NCBI GenBank assembly: GCA_964016885.1
Contig: OZ024763.1
Coordinates: 10,974,001-11,038,000, forward strand
Reading direction: 5' to 3'
DNA length: 64,000 nt
Source of the DNA: Eledone cirrhosa
Taxonomy: Eukaryota
The notes beneath the pieces are model-generated. The model had not been told where the DNA came from. It saw only the letters and a program-made list of their open reading frames with translations, and searched no databases. The position numbers and the translations under genes were made by a program. Shown piece by piece: positions 12,515 through 24,049 of the stretch. The stretch's first letter is position 1. Every line of letters begins with the position of its first letter.

Positions 12515-12670
12515 CATGCATTGTAGCAAGGAAAATGTACATTAAACGATCTCTCTCTATATATAAGGGCGACCGGCTAAAGTGGAAGATGCTAGATGGT
12601 CGGTCGTCCTCGGGTCTATGATTTTCAGCCCCATGGATTTTATCTGTTACATTCATTTATTATATTTCGA

Positions 12671-12728
12671 ATACCTGATGATATCACCGGATTCATACGG
12701 AACCCGGTCATTGAAATGGCCATAGTAT
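12671..12728 (+). ncRNA. Minimal type-I hammerhead ribozyme (family HH-C)
   Basis: ATAC-CTGATGA-tATcACCGGaTTC-atacg-GAAcCCGGTcATt-GAAA-TGGCCA-TA-GTAT followed by AATAAA; palindromic stem III. Confidence 0.85.
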
Positions 12729-12795
12729 AATAAACCTTTCAAGGATTTACACAAGTCCAGCCTCCTGTTATTTTATTATAATTATTATACATACA

Positions 12796-12827
<32 letters not shown>

Positions 12828-13012
12828 CATATATATATATATACATAAATATATAAGTAGAAGGGGTATTTAATTTGTTGGAAGTCCGACAAATATAAAT
12901 GGTTATAACTGATTTAGAGCACTCAACAAGTTACTGGAGTAAATATTCAATGATATTACATAAATATGGTTTTATAAATATAGTTTCCATTTATTTAATA
13001 TCATTGTATGTG

Positions 13013-13044
<32 letters not shown>

Positions 13045-13047
13045 TCT

Positions 13048-13078
<31 letters not shown>

Positions 13079-13139
13079 AAGATGTGTATGCATAGAGAGA
13101 AAGAGAGAGAGAGATTAATTGAAAGGGAAGTGAGAAAAT

Positions 13140-13215
<76 letters not shown>

Positions 13216-13519
13216 TATATACACACACAGACCAAGTGACATAGAAAGAAAAGAGACTAGTGTAGAATGACTGTTTTGATGCAATATAGAGGAATATAGT
13301 TTTATGTGGAAATCTTCTGGAGGTTTTCTGTGGAAATGGTGTGAAAGCTGGAGTGGAGGGAGAGCAGTAAGTGGAGTGATAGGGGGAGTGGAGGGAGAGC
13401 AGTAAGTGGAGTGATAGGGGGAGGAGTGAAATGTATTCAGGCAAAGCAACTCTGGTGATGTCATGTTTTCCAGTTTATAAATTTACTACACTGCAATGAT
13501 GGCAACGAAGATTGCTGTA

Positions 13520-14885
13520 ACCATGGTGGTGGTGGTGGTGGTGGTGGTGGTAGTTGTGGTGGTGGTGGTGGTGGTGGTGGTGGTGGTAGTTGTGGTGGTG
13601 GTGGTAGTGGTAGTAGTAGTTGTGGTGGTGGTGGTAGATGTAGTGGTGCTCCTGCTGTTGATGGTGGTAGTAGTAGTAGTGGTTGTGGTGGTAGTAGTAG
13701 TGGTTATAGTGGTGGTGGTGGTAGTAGTTGTGGTGGTGGTGGTGGTAGTAGTAGTTGTGGTGGTGGTCCTGCTGTTAGTAGTAGTAGTAGTAATGGTGGA
13801 TGTGATTGTCGCTGTAGTAGTAATAGTTGTGACTGTTGTGGTAGTAGTGGTGGTGGTGGTTATATTGATGCTATTGATGGTGATATTGGCAGTAGTTGTG
13901 GTGGTGGTGTTGGTTGTGATTGTTGTTGTAGTAGTAGTAGTAATGGTTTTAACTGCTGTGGTAGTAGTAGTGGTGGTTATATTGATGGTCCTGCTGTTGT
14001 AGCGGTAGTTGTAATGGTAGTAGTAATAGTGGTGGTTATATTGGTCCTGCTGATGGTGATGGTAGTTGTCGTAGTGGCATAGAGGTTGTGGCGGTAGTAG
14101 TGGTTGTGGAGGTAGTAGTGGTTGTGGCGGTAGTAGTAGTGGTGGTTGTGGCGGTAGTAGTGGTTGTGGCGGTAGTAGTAGTGGTGGTGGCAGTAGTAGT
14201 GATGGTTGTGGCGGTAGTAGTGGTTGTGGCGGTAGTAGTAGTGGTGGTGGCAGTAGTAGTGATGGTTGTGGCGGTAGTAGTGGCTGTGGCGGTAGTAGTA
14301 GTGGTGGTGGCAGTAGTAGTGATGGTGGCAGTAGTGGCAGTAATAGTGATGGTTGTGGCGGTAGTAGTGGTTGTGGTGGTGGCAGTAATAGTGATGGTTG
14401 TGGCGGTGGTGGCAGTAGTGATGGTTGTGGCAGTAGTAGTGGTGGTTGTGGCGGTAGTAGTGGTGGTTGTGGCGGTAGTAGTGGTGGTTGTGGCGGTAGT
14501 AGTGGTGGTGGTGGCGGTAGTGATGGTTGTGGCGGTGGTGGCAGTAGTGATGGTTGTGGCAGTAGTAGTAGTGGTAGTGGCAGTAGTAGTGGTGGTTGTG
14601 GCGGTAGTAGTGGTGGTGGTGGCAGTAGTAGTGGTGGTTGTGGCGGTAGTAGTGGTGGTGGTGGCAGTAGTAGTGGTGGTTGTGGCGGTAGTAGTGGTGG
14701 TGGTGGCAGTAGTAGTGATGGTCGTGGCGGCAGTAGTGGTGGTGGTGGCGGCAGTAGTGGTGGTGGTGGTGGCGGCAGTAGTGGTGGTGGTGGCAGTAGT
14801 AGTGGTGGTTGTGGCGGTAGTAGTGGTGGCAGTAGTAGTGATGGTTGTGGCGGCAGTAGTGGTGGTGGCAGTAGTAACAGTGGTG
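13520..14885. repeat. (GGT/GTA/GGC)n trinucleotide array
   Basis: Seen directly; poly-Val ORFs are artefacts. Confidence 0.95.
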
Positions 14886-15146
14886 TGTGTCCTTTCCTAT
14901 TTTATAAATGCGATGGAGATTTGGCTGCTATTTCTAACAAGCAAGCAGCCATATGCAGGCTCTCATTAGCTTCTCTAATAGACCCCCCCCCCCACCCCTG
15001 TTGTCCATGTTTAGCATGGGTTGGACAAGTCCTAGGGAACATATGAGGTGTTCTATGTTGCTGCTGACATCTTCAACTTTTCTATATTTCTGGAGAAGAA
15101 GCAGATCCTACAAGTTGTCACCAATAGCTTAGATATGTCTCTGTAC

Positions 15147-15222
15147 TGGGGGGGGGGGGGGGGTAGAGAGAGAGGGGAGGGAGAGTGAGTGAGTGAGAGA
15201 GAGAGAGAAGGGAGAGGGAGAG

Positions 15223-15253
<31 letters not shown>

Positions 15254-15261
15254 GGGAGAGT

Positions 15262-15300
<39 letters not shown>

Positions 15301-16275
15301 GGAGAGTGAGTGAGTGAGAGAGAGAAGGGAGAGTGAGTGAAAGAGGAGGGAGAGTGAGAGAGAGAGGAGGGAGGAGGGAGAATGAGGGAGAGTGAGAGAG
15401 AGAGGAGGGAGAATGAGTGAAAGAGGAGGGTGAGTGAGTGAGTGAGAGAGAAAGGGGGGAGAATGAGTGAGAGAAGTGAGAGTGAGTGAGAGAAGGGCGG
15501 GAGAGTGAGTGAGGCGGGAGAGTGAGTGAGTGAGGGAGAGGAGAGAGGGTGAGATGAGGGAGAGAGTGAGTGAGGCGGGAGAGTGAGTGAGTGAGGGAGA
15601 GGAGAGAGAGTGAGTGAGTGAGTGAGGGAGAGGAGAGAGAGTGAGATGAGGGAGAATGAGTGAGATGAGGGAGAATGAGTGAGAGAGAAGGGAGAGTGAG
15701 TGAGTGAGGGAGAGGAGAGAGAGTGAGTGAGTGAGGGAGAGGAGAGAGAGTGAGTGAGGAGAGGAGAGTGAGTGAGAGTGAGTGAGTGAGGGAGAGGAGA
15801 GAGAGTGAGTGAGGGAGAGGAGAGTGAGTGAGTGAGGGAGAAGAGAGAGAGTGGGAGAGACAGGTGAGTGAGTGAGGGAGAAGAGAGTGAGAGAGACAGG
15901 TGAGTGAGTGAGGGAGAGGAGAGTGAGTGAGTGAGTGAGTGAGGGAGAGGAGTGAGTGAGTGAGTGAGTGAGTGAGTGAGTGAGTGAGTGAGTGAGAGTG
16001 AGAGAGAGAGAGGAGGGAGAGTGAGAGAGAGAGAGGAGGGAGAGTGAGTGAGAGAGAGGAGGGAGAGTGAGTGAGAGAGAGGAGTGAGTGAGTGAGTGAG
16101 AGAGAAGGGAGAGTGAGTGAGTGAGGGAGAGGAGAGAGAGTGAGAGAGTGAGTGAGTGAGTGAGGGAGAGGAGAGAGAGTGAGTGAGTGAGTGAGGCAAG
16201 AGAGTGAGTGAGTGAGGCAGGAGAGTGCGTGAGTGAGGGAGAGAGAGAGTGAAAGAGAAAGAGAGAAAGAAGAAG
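15147..16275. repeat. 1.1-kb (GA)n/(GAGT)n purine-rich tract
   Basis: Seen directly; almost no C on the plus strand. Confidence 0.95.
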
Positions 16276-16904
16276 AATACCAATATTAGACTGCTACTTT
16301 ATCAACATCTGGACAGAACTTAGATTCAGTAATGATTTAGCAGAAAATATCTAAAGTCAGATTTGTTGAATTCAAATGTTTATAGTATCTTTACTGGGGC
16401 ACAGATTGCTGTGAAACTTTACAGTAAAGACTTTAATATTTGATGTGATAGTCATCGTGTTGTTTTCTAGTTTTCAAGTATGTCATGTTAATGTGGTTTT
16501 ATGTGGTACAGCATGTTAAGAGATATAGGTAAAAGCATTCCTGTTAGAGGGATCTGATGGGGCCTGAGAGTGCCAGAATGAACAACCACAAACATTCTGA
16601 TAGCCTAACATTGCCACCTACTATTTGGTTATTGTTTTTATAAAGAAATTAAAGCGTTTTCTATTTGTTTTCCTTCATTACTCGACTATCTTCCGAAACA
16701 CGGCTTACGTAACTGGACCACAACTACTACCAAATAGGGAAGACAGGCATTATCAAGCTGCAGATATCATATTACATAGTTTTTATATAATAAAGCCAAA
16801 GCTATTAAAGCTATTATCTGCAGCAACTACGACCCCATTACGTAATAGGCCGTGCTCCACCTCCTCCCGTTGTCTCTTGATTTTAAACCTTCATATATAT
16901 ATAT

Positions 16905-17081
16905 ATAACAAAGAGGATGAGGTAAGGTACCAAGTAGACCATAACGCACCAGAGTACTCAATACTTAGGGTAGTAGAGTGGGTAATAGGAAAAGAGTCAG
17001 GACCCCGACAGCTATATCTGAACAGATCTAACTGTCAAAACAGCCAGAGCTCAGCCATCAGGGCCCTGACTCTTTTCCTAT

Positions 17082-17082
<1 letters not shown>
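16905..17082. mobile_element. TA-flanked module family HH-D with terminal fold-back
   Basis: taggaaaagagtcaggaccc...gggccctgactcttttccta plus gaccataacgcaccagagtactcaatacttagggtagtagagtgggtaat. Related copies at 22970-23060, 23120-23315, 26715-26775, 28968-29095, 45895-45950, 52155-52270. Confidence 0.75.
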
Positions 17083-17149
<67 letters not shown>

Positions 17150-17189
17150 AAGAAGAAATTAAAAGATGGTTAAAAGAGTTCCATATATT

Positions 17190-17248
17190 TTATTATGCGC
17201 ATTTCGAATACAAAATCATCCTTGGACAAAAATTGTGTTATCAGATAA
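17190..17248 (-). ncRNA. Hammerhead motif with core lesion
   Basis: Minus strand TTAT-CTGATAA-cacaatttttgtcc-aa-ggatgattttgtattc-GAAA-TGCGCA-TA-ATAA; G8 is lost. Confidence 0.6.
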
Positions 17249-17328
17249 AATAAGGTAACATGATATAAGGCGAGTAAAATGACAAGAGGCCATACAGGTT
17301 AAATTCCTTCAAATTTTTATTTCTGCAA

Positions 17329-17386
17329 ACACTATGCACATTTCAGTGGCCAGGTTACATATGAACCTGGTGACATCATCAGGTGT
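17329..17386 (-). ncRNA. Minimal type-I hammerhead ribozyme (family HH-C)
   Basis: Minus strand ACAC-CTGATGA-tGTcaCCAGGTT-catatgt-AACCTGGccACt-GAAA-TGTGCA-TA-GTGT, then AATAAA. Compensatory stem I change relative to 12671-12728. Confidence 0.85.
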
Positions 17387-17519
17387 ATATTGAATAATAG
17401 TTATATACCATAGGAATAATGGTAAACACATTCCAAGAGGCTTTGAGGAGGTAAAGCACAGAGGAAAAAAAACAGAAGAAAAAAAATGTTTTTGTTTTAC
17501 ACACACACATACACATACA

Positions 17520-17745
17520 TAGTGAAGGTGTGTGGCTGATTGGTTAGAGAACTGGATTCGCAATCGTGAGGTTGTCAGTTCGATTCCTGGATCAGGCAAT
17601 GCGTTACAAGCTTGAGCAAGACACTTTATTTCACGTTGTTCCTTCTACCTGGAGTTGCGACCGATAGATAGTATTAGCAATTGGAAAGACCAACGGAAAC
17701 ATTGTTTCCTCGGTCCGATTTGCCGAAAGTCGATCGACAAAAAAA
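17520..17745 (+). mobile_element. tRNA/CORE-type SINE family C, near full length
   Basis: A box tggctgattggttaga, B box gttcgattcc, CORE-like cttgagcaagacactttatttcacgttg, A-rich end. Confidence 0.85.
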
Positions 17746-17895
17746 TATATATATATAACCTATAGTAGGGTCCTGAAAAGTCAGGCATTGTTTCCTGTGT
17801 TGTCTCCACGAGTCTGTGTCTTATATATGTATTTGTGACCTCATTGTGCTATTTTGCTATCTTCCAAATGAAAATGCATGCAGATGTTTGTGCAA

Positions 17896-17933
<38 letters not shown>

Positions 17934-18291
17934 CTACAGCTCTATATATAAACCGCTTTTTTTCCCTTTCAGAGAGAGAGGTGGATAGATAGAGAAGTTT
18001 GACATGTAGCTGTCTTCACCATCTTTGAGATGTGTGATAGGACAATATTTGGGAGGGGGTCAGAGTAGGTTGCCATTTTTGGAAAATATTTGGTCACTCC
18101 TACAGTTCTTCCCCTCACTTTCATCTAAATGACCAACACTGTGGTCACTCATTGTGCTAGAAATAGCAACCAAATCTGTAACCTTTTCAACACCACCAAC
18201 AAATCCTAGAATGCCTCTGCTACCAAGATATACAATATTTTCAAAATATATTCCAATCAAAACCGTCCATCTTAGTTTGTATGTATCTGGT

Positions 18292-18495
18292 TTAACCCTT
18301 TAGCATTTACATAACGCTATATTTACTATTATATATATTTTCATGGTAAAGGCTTTATCTTACATAACTATCTCACATAATACCGAATCTGAGATTTTGA
18401 TATTTACTTTAAGAACAATACCTTAACATCAGTATGAGTAGCCAGTTACATCCAGTTTGAACAAAAAGTGGTGAGAGAATTCTGGCCAGATTTTT
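18292..18495 (-). mobile_element. piggyBac-like MITE (TTAA-CCCTTTAGCATTTA family), one end missing
   Basis: Starts ttaaccctttagcattta; body homologous to 32658-32875. Similar partial copies at 19193-19350 and 34455-34640. Confidence 0.75.
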
Positions 18496-18859
18496 GAGAC
18501 TTATTTTAAGAAAAAAGTATATATACAGTACTTATAATATGAAAATTTAAATGAATATTCTTACAATATTAGTGGCTACAGTTGCATAAATTAACTAAGT
18601 TTCTTTCCTCATTTGCAGAACTGACTCGATCTGTTAGATGGAAGTGTAATTCAAAATGGCATTCACTCTACAACAACGTAGCTGGTGTGTTTTTGTGGTC
18701 ACCCAGAAATTATCTGACTGAATTCTTTCAAACTAAATTAAATTCAAAGATGCTTGAAACAGTGTATTTTGGTAGAAATATGGTGATGAAAGGGTTTCAT
18801 CATGCCTTACCATTTCAAAATTAAAATAAAAGAAAGACACATTCAACAATGTGTCTAGA

Positions 18860-19045
18860 ACAATGCTATGACAGACATCTTAGATATACAATGGAGTACT
18901 GCTCCCACACCTAAGACAATGTTATTACTGATACATAGAGACATCCTAGACCACATTACAGTACTGCTCCCACATCTGGGACAGTGCTGTTGTTGATACA
19001 TACGCACACATCCTAGACCACATTACAGTACTGTTCCCACACATA
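18860..19045 (+). repeat. ~65-bp tandem repeat, ~3 copies
   Basis: acatcctagaccacattacagtactgctcccaca...gacagtgctgttgttgatacata repeated. Confidence 0.75.
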
Positions 19046-19924
19046 CAGATCTTTGCATTCAAATCCTGCTCTGCCCTACATCAGTGGTAGACTAAATTTG
19101 TCACCACGTTTGATGCCAGCATTTGGTCCTTGAGTGGTAGACTTAATCCATCACTCAGGTTAACATTACCAACTGGTCTTTGGGTGGCTGACTTAACCCT
19201 TTAGCATTTACATACTCTGTATATACTATTGTATTTTAACAGTAAACACTTTATCTCACATGAATATCTCATATAATATCAAATCTACGAGATTTTGATG
19301 TTATTTATTTTGAGAACAATACCTTAACATAAGTACAAGCAGCCAGTTACAGCCCTCCCTCCCTCCCTCCCTTGCACCAACCTTGGCCACTGGGATCTAG
19401 ATGTCCTCCTCTTGTTAAACAAAGAAAAAAGAAAGAGGTTCTTGCACAAATTATTTTGGTTCTGGCTGTTTACCTACCCACTTGATGGTATCGGGAGTAT
19501 TTTTCCTTATCAGAACATATTCATCAGATACAGTAGGGGGACTATGATATCTGAACAAATCAACAAAATCTATGGTTACCCATATATATATACACTATTT
19601 AATCCAACTGCATCTCTACACTTACACATATATATCAGTTACCCAGATTACCACCACCACATGGTCCTTGGGTGGTAGACATAATCCATCACCTGGCCCC
19701 TAACTAACTTTAGCAGTATCCATCCACAAGTATTCAGGTCATATCTCCCTCCCTTAAGTTTCTGAGGCTCTGAAAAGAGCCAAGGTCATTGCCTTGCTCT
19801 CCCTTCTTACTAAATAGAGAAAAGAAAAGAAAGGGAGAATGTGTGGTGCTTAACACTAAATGTCCTATACCACATCAAACCTCATTAACAAAACATTACT
19901 ATGACTGCATCACATTAAATATAG

Positions 19925-20222
19925 TTATGAGTTCGATTCTCAGACTGGGTGATGTGTTGTGTCCTTGAGCAAGACACTTTATTTCACATTGCTCCAGTTT
20001 ACTCAGCTGTAGAAATGATTTGCAACATCACTGGTGCGCCAAGCTGTATCGGCCATTGCCTTTCCCTTGGACAACATTGGTGGCGTGGAGAGGGGAGACT
20101 GGTATGTGTGGGTGACTGTTGGCCTTTCACAAACAACCTTGCCTGGACTTGTGCCTCGGAGGGGAACTTCCTAGGTACAAATCCCATGATCATCCATGAC
20201 TGAAAGGGGTCTTTACCCTTAT
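19925..20222 (+). mobile_element. tRNA/CORE-type SINE family B, 5'-truncated
   Basis: gagttcgattctc B box, CORE-like segment, family-B tail ending ggtctttaccctt. Confidence 0.8.
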
Positions 20223-21089
20223 GCTATAGTACTACAAATTTCTACAACAATCAGTCCACTAGTAAACATACTAGTAAACATACTTCAATTAACAAACCTC
20301 ATGAAATCAGATTAGCAAGATATTCTTGATTTAACAAAGCCATATTTAGACAGTTTCTGCTAAATCGTAACAGGATGTTAAGAATTAATACCATCTCTGT
20401 ATAAATGATTATAAACTCAGGTGTGTGAGAGATTTTTAAGAGAAGAAAATGAAAAATTATTTACACACTTTCACCAGTAATAGAGTAGGTAAGCTCTGGC
20501 TTATGATCACTGAGAGAGAGGAGGGAGAGATAGGGGAGGTGAGAGAAAAATGGTTTCTAACCTAAGAACAAGGCTCTTTCACTGGAATTTAGATATCATC
20601 TTAGATATCTCAAAATTTTGTTTAAACCTCAAAGAGGCTACATCATGTGCTTAACACAGAGCTGTCGTAATATAAAGTTTACTGAGTTGATATATAATGA
20701 GGGCTATCTATCTGACTTGCATGGCTGGTTTTTGTTATCTAAAAATGAACCTGCACACCATTTAATAGGCCTTAATTAAAATACCACATCTAAGAACATT
20801 ACACAGTTGCTTCAAACATGTATAACACAGCTAGATTTGCTGGTGAAATTTAATTTTTGATAGCACCACCATGTGCGTCATAATAATTTGTTGCTGGATT
20901 TTAAAAATATATTAGAGGTAAACTATAATAATAACTACGAAGCTACTTTCCATCTAGATGCAGGGTAAATTTGTAGTTTAATTATTTATTTATAACTCCA
21001 TTCAGTTCCGGTAGATTATATTTATAACAATTATTATAACATTGTAGTTTCATATGTATATTTTTATACATACATTTGGTGAACATTCT

Positions 21090-22065
21090 AATATGGGGGA
21101 CAAAATCAGCAGTGGTGGAGGGTGCTCTGAAAGTACAGTAGCCAGAGTCAGAACGGGATGGAAAAAGTTCAGTGAGCTTATACCGCTGTTGGCCACAAAA
21201 GGTTTCTCTCTAAAAATGAAAGGCAGATTGTATGATGCCTGTATACGAACAGCAATGCTACATGGCATTGAGACATGGGCATTGCGTGCAGAGGACCTGC
21301 GCAGACTGGAAAGGAATGAAGCATGCATGCTCCGTTGGATGTGTAATTGTAATATACGTAAACGGCAAAACATAAATGAACTAAGTGAGAAATTAGGAAT
21401 AAGAGGGATCAGATACTGTTTACTTGAGAGAAGACTACGTTGGTATGGTCACGTGATGCGCATGAAAGACGACAGCTGTATAAAAAAAGGGCAGGGCGAT
21501 CAAAACTGAGGGAAGTTACGGAGTAGGTAGACCCAGAAAAACCTGGGACAATTTGATAAATTCCAACCTTACACACTTACACCTCTCTAAGACAATGTCA
21601 CTGGGCTGAGATCTTTGGCGCTACGCAGTAATACAGAAGACCCGCCTTGCCTATGTACAAAGCGAAATCTACAGTCAGTAGGCACCTCTTAACCAAATAT
21701 ACACCCCAATCCACTACCCTACCCTCCCACTCCCACCAACACCACCCTCTCTCTGTAAAGTTGGTACCACAACATCCAGTCCAAATAAATGAGATCATGA
21801 GATCGAGATCGTGTAGGTGTCACAACAAAAAACACACAATCCACGCTGTAATGTGGCCGTGTAGGTAACACGGTAAAAAGTTCCCAGTTCACACTGTAAA
21901 TGTGGTTGGTGTTAGGAAGGGCATCCAGCCGTAGAAAGCCTGCCAGATAGTCCTATATGAGCGAGACACGGTCACCCGACCAACCTTGCCTCAAGTGCTA
22001 CAACTCACGTCTAACCCATGCTAGCGTGGAAGATGGACGTTAATTGAGGATGATGATGATGATGA
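21090..22065 (+). mobile_element. RTE/RTE-X-type LINE 3' fragment with complete 3' UTR and (GAT)n tail
   Basis: GDKISSGGGCSESTVARVRTGWKKF...MLHGIETW...RRLRWYGHVMR; nearly identical to the minus copy at 5700-6560. Confidence 0.9.
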
Positions 22066-22164
22066 AATCTATGTAAGTCTGCAAAAAGTAATGGTCTATT
22101 TACCTATCTTTCTATATCTATTTATTTATTGGTATCTCATTGTATTGTATTATATTATAAACAA

Positions 22165-22350
22165 GGCAGTGGTTTGGCAGTATCGGTAGAGGGTCGGACG
22201 CCATGCTTAGCAACATAGTTACGTCCCTTAACGATCTGAGTTCAAATCCAGCCGAGGTTAACTTTGCCTTTCATCCTTACGAAGTCTATAAAATAAAGTA
22301 CCAGTAATACACTGGAGTAATTGCTGGCCTTGTGCCAAAAGTAGAAACAA
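22165..22350 (+). mobile_element. SINE family D (tRNA-derived head, Meta-domain-like centre), full length with 13-bp TSD
   Basis: Head tggcagtatcggtaga...gagttcaaatcc, centre aggttaactttgcctttcatcctt...taaaataaagtaccag; flanked by attatattataaa at 22149-22161 and 22350-22362. Other copies 26198-26378(-), 51077-51258(+), 53040-53225(-), 59316-59420(+). The domain name is from recall. Confidence 0.85.
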
Positions 22351-22710
22351 TTATATTATAAATAAGATATCAGCATTAAAGATTTTTTGGAAATCTTACC
22401 AAGAAGAATTACTTTTAAACTAGAATTCTTAAGTTATGAATCTTCTCAATTTTTTATTTTTTCATATATTTTTATACGCCGAACACAAACTAAATACTGT
22501 CCTTTTCCTCATCAATCTGCACACTGAAATTCACATGTAATTTTAATCATGTCTTAATGTATAGAAGCACTACATTTTGATATACTATCTTTAATACTGC
22601 TTTGCTGTTGCTTTTGAATGTGCTTGTAATTTGCAATGTATGAACCTCATCTATAGTATGGAATTATCTCTTGCATGTATTACTCTTGAAACTTCTAACA
22701 ATATCTAAAG

Positions 22711-22793
22711 TCCTGAAGATATGTAAAGTGATGGACAGATACCTCGTATATATCGTGGTATGGTCCGCCACTATACATTGAAACAGATGTAGA
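22711..22793 (+). ncRNA. Hammerhead motif with long (~60-nt) stem II
   Basis: TC-CTGAAGA-tATGTAaAGTGaTGGACagATACCtCG-tatatat-CGtGGTATgGTCCGcCACTaTACATt-GAAA-CAGATG-TA-GA. Confidence 0.75.
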
Positions 22794-23053
22794 ATTGAAA
22801 TTGTTTTAAGTATAACTTGGTTATTTTATAAATTTATAAATTTTGAGCTCTGCAGCCCATAGCCTAACAGTCTACAACAGAATCTCCAATGGCTACTCTC
22901 AACCTTATCAGGATCTATATTGGAAAACCCCAATATTACCACATATATATATATATGGATCTACCTGTTGAATTTTTCATATTACCCACTATACTACCCC
23001 AAGATCGAGTACTCTGGTGAATAATTGTCTAACTGGTTTTGACCGCCTGCATT

Positions 23054-23119
<66 letters not shown>

Positions 23120-23122
<3 letters not shown>

Positions 23123-23235
23123 GGAACGAGTAGGACCCCGACGGTTGAGCTCAAGCCGTTTCGACGGTTAATTCTGGACTAAATTAGCCATCGAAACGGC
23201 TTGAGCTCAGCCGTCGGGGTCCTACTCGTTCCTAT
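23120..23235. repeat. ~54-bp-arm palindrome of family HH-D
   Basis: ataggaacgagtaggaccccgacggttgagctcaagccgtttcgacggttaatt-ctggacta-aattagccatcgaaacggcttgagctcagccgtcggggtcctactcgttcctat. Confidence 0.9.
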
Positions 23236-24049
23236 TACCCACTCTACTACCCTAAGTATTGAGTACTTTGGTGCGTTATGATCCACTTGGTTCCTTACCA
23301 CATTTCCTTCGTTATATAATATATATATATATATATATATAATATATATATATATATATCTCATCATCATCATCGATTAACGTCCATCTTCCACTCTAGC
23401 ATTGGTTAAACGAGTCCCATTTAGAGGCAAGTTGGGTCAGGTGACCATGTCTTGCTCATATAGGGTGTTTCTGGCAGGTTTTCAATGGATGGATGCCCTT
23501 TCTAACACCAACCACATTTACAGTGTGGGCTGGGTGCTATGTATATATATATATTGTGTGTGAATGTATGTATATATTTCTTGGCACCGTATAGACATTT
23601 GGGCCTACTGCTGCAACTATTGAGGTCTCCCATGAATTTGTGGCAATGAAATATTGCTACTTGCACAGTTTTGTCACCTCAAGAGATGTAGTGTAGGTGG
23701 TAACTCCCCCAGTTACCTGTACTGATGAGTCGTGTGTTGTAGCGATGCCAGTGAATAAGGGTGGAATCATGTCTTTTGTTACTGGATTGAGAAGTCACCT
23801 CTGTATACATGGCAGGGTGTAAACTTGCAGAAGACATTGAGATGATGTTCAGGTCGCTATCATCTGACAAGGTGAAGCAATCATTATGTGTGTGTACGTG
23901 TGGGTGTATGTGTGTGTACGTGTTTGTGTGTGTATGTATATGCATGTATGTACAAATATGTGTGTGTGTGTTTGAAGGTTTTGATGGTGAATGATGGGGC
24001 CCATAATTTTGAGGTCTGACACAGAACATGAGATCAAACTGGATGAGTG

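Noticed and set aside
15040-15100. Minus-strand acceptor-like ttcttctccag followed by KYRKVED, resembling GRK exon 4
   Set aside because: Similarity does not extend, and exons 2-3 were not found upstream.
16553-16612. ctgatggggcc...ccagaatg..cattctga hairpin
   Set aside because: No GAAA/NUH arrangement; only a short hairpin.
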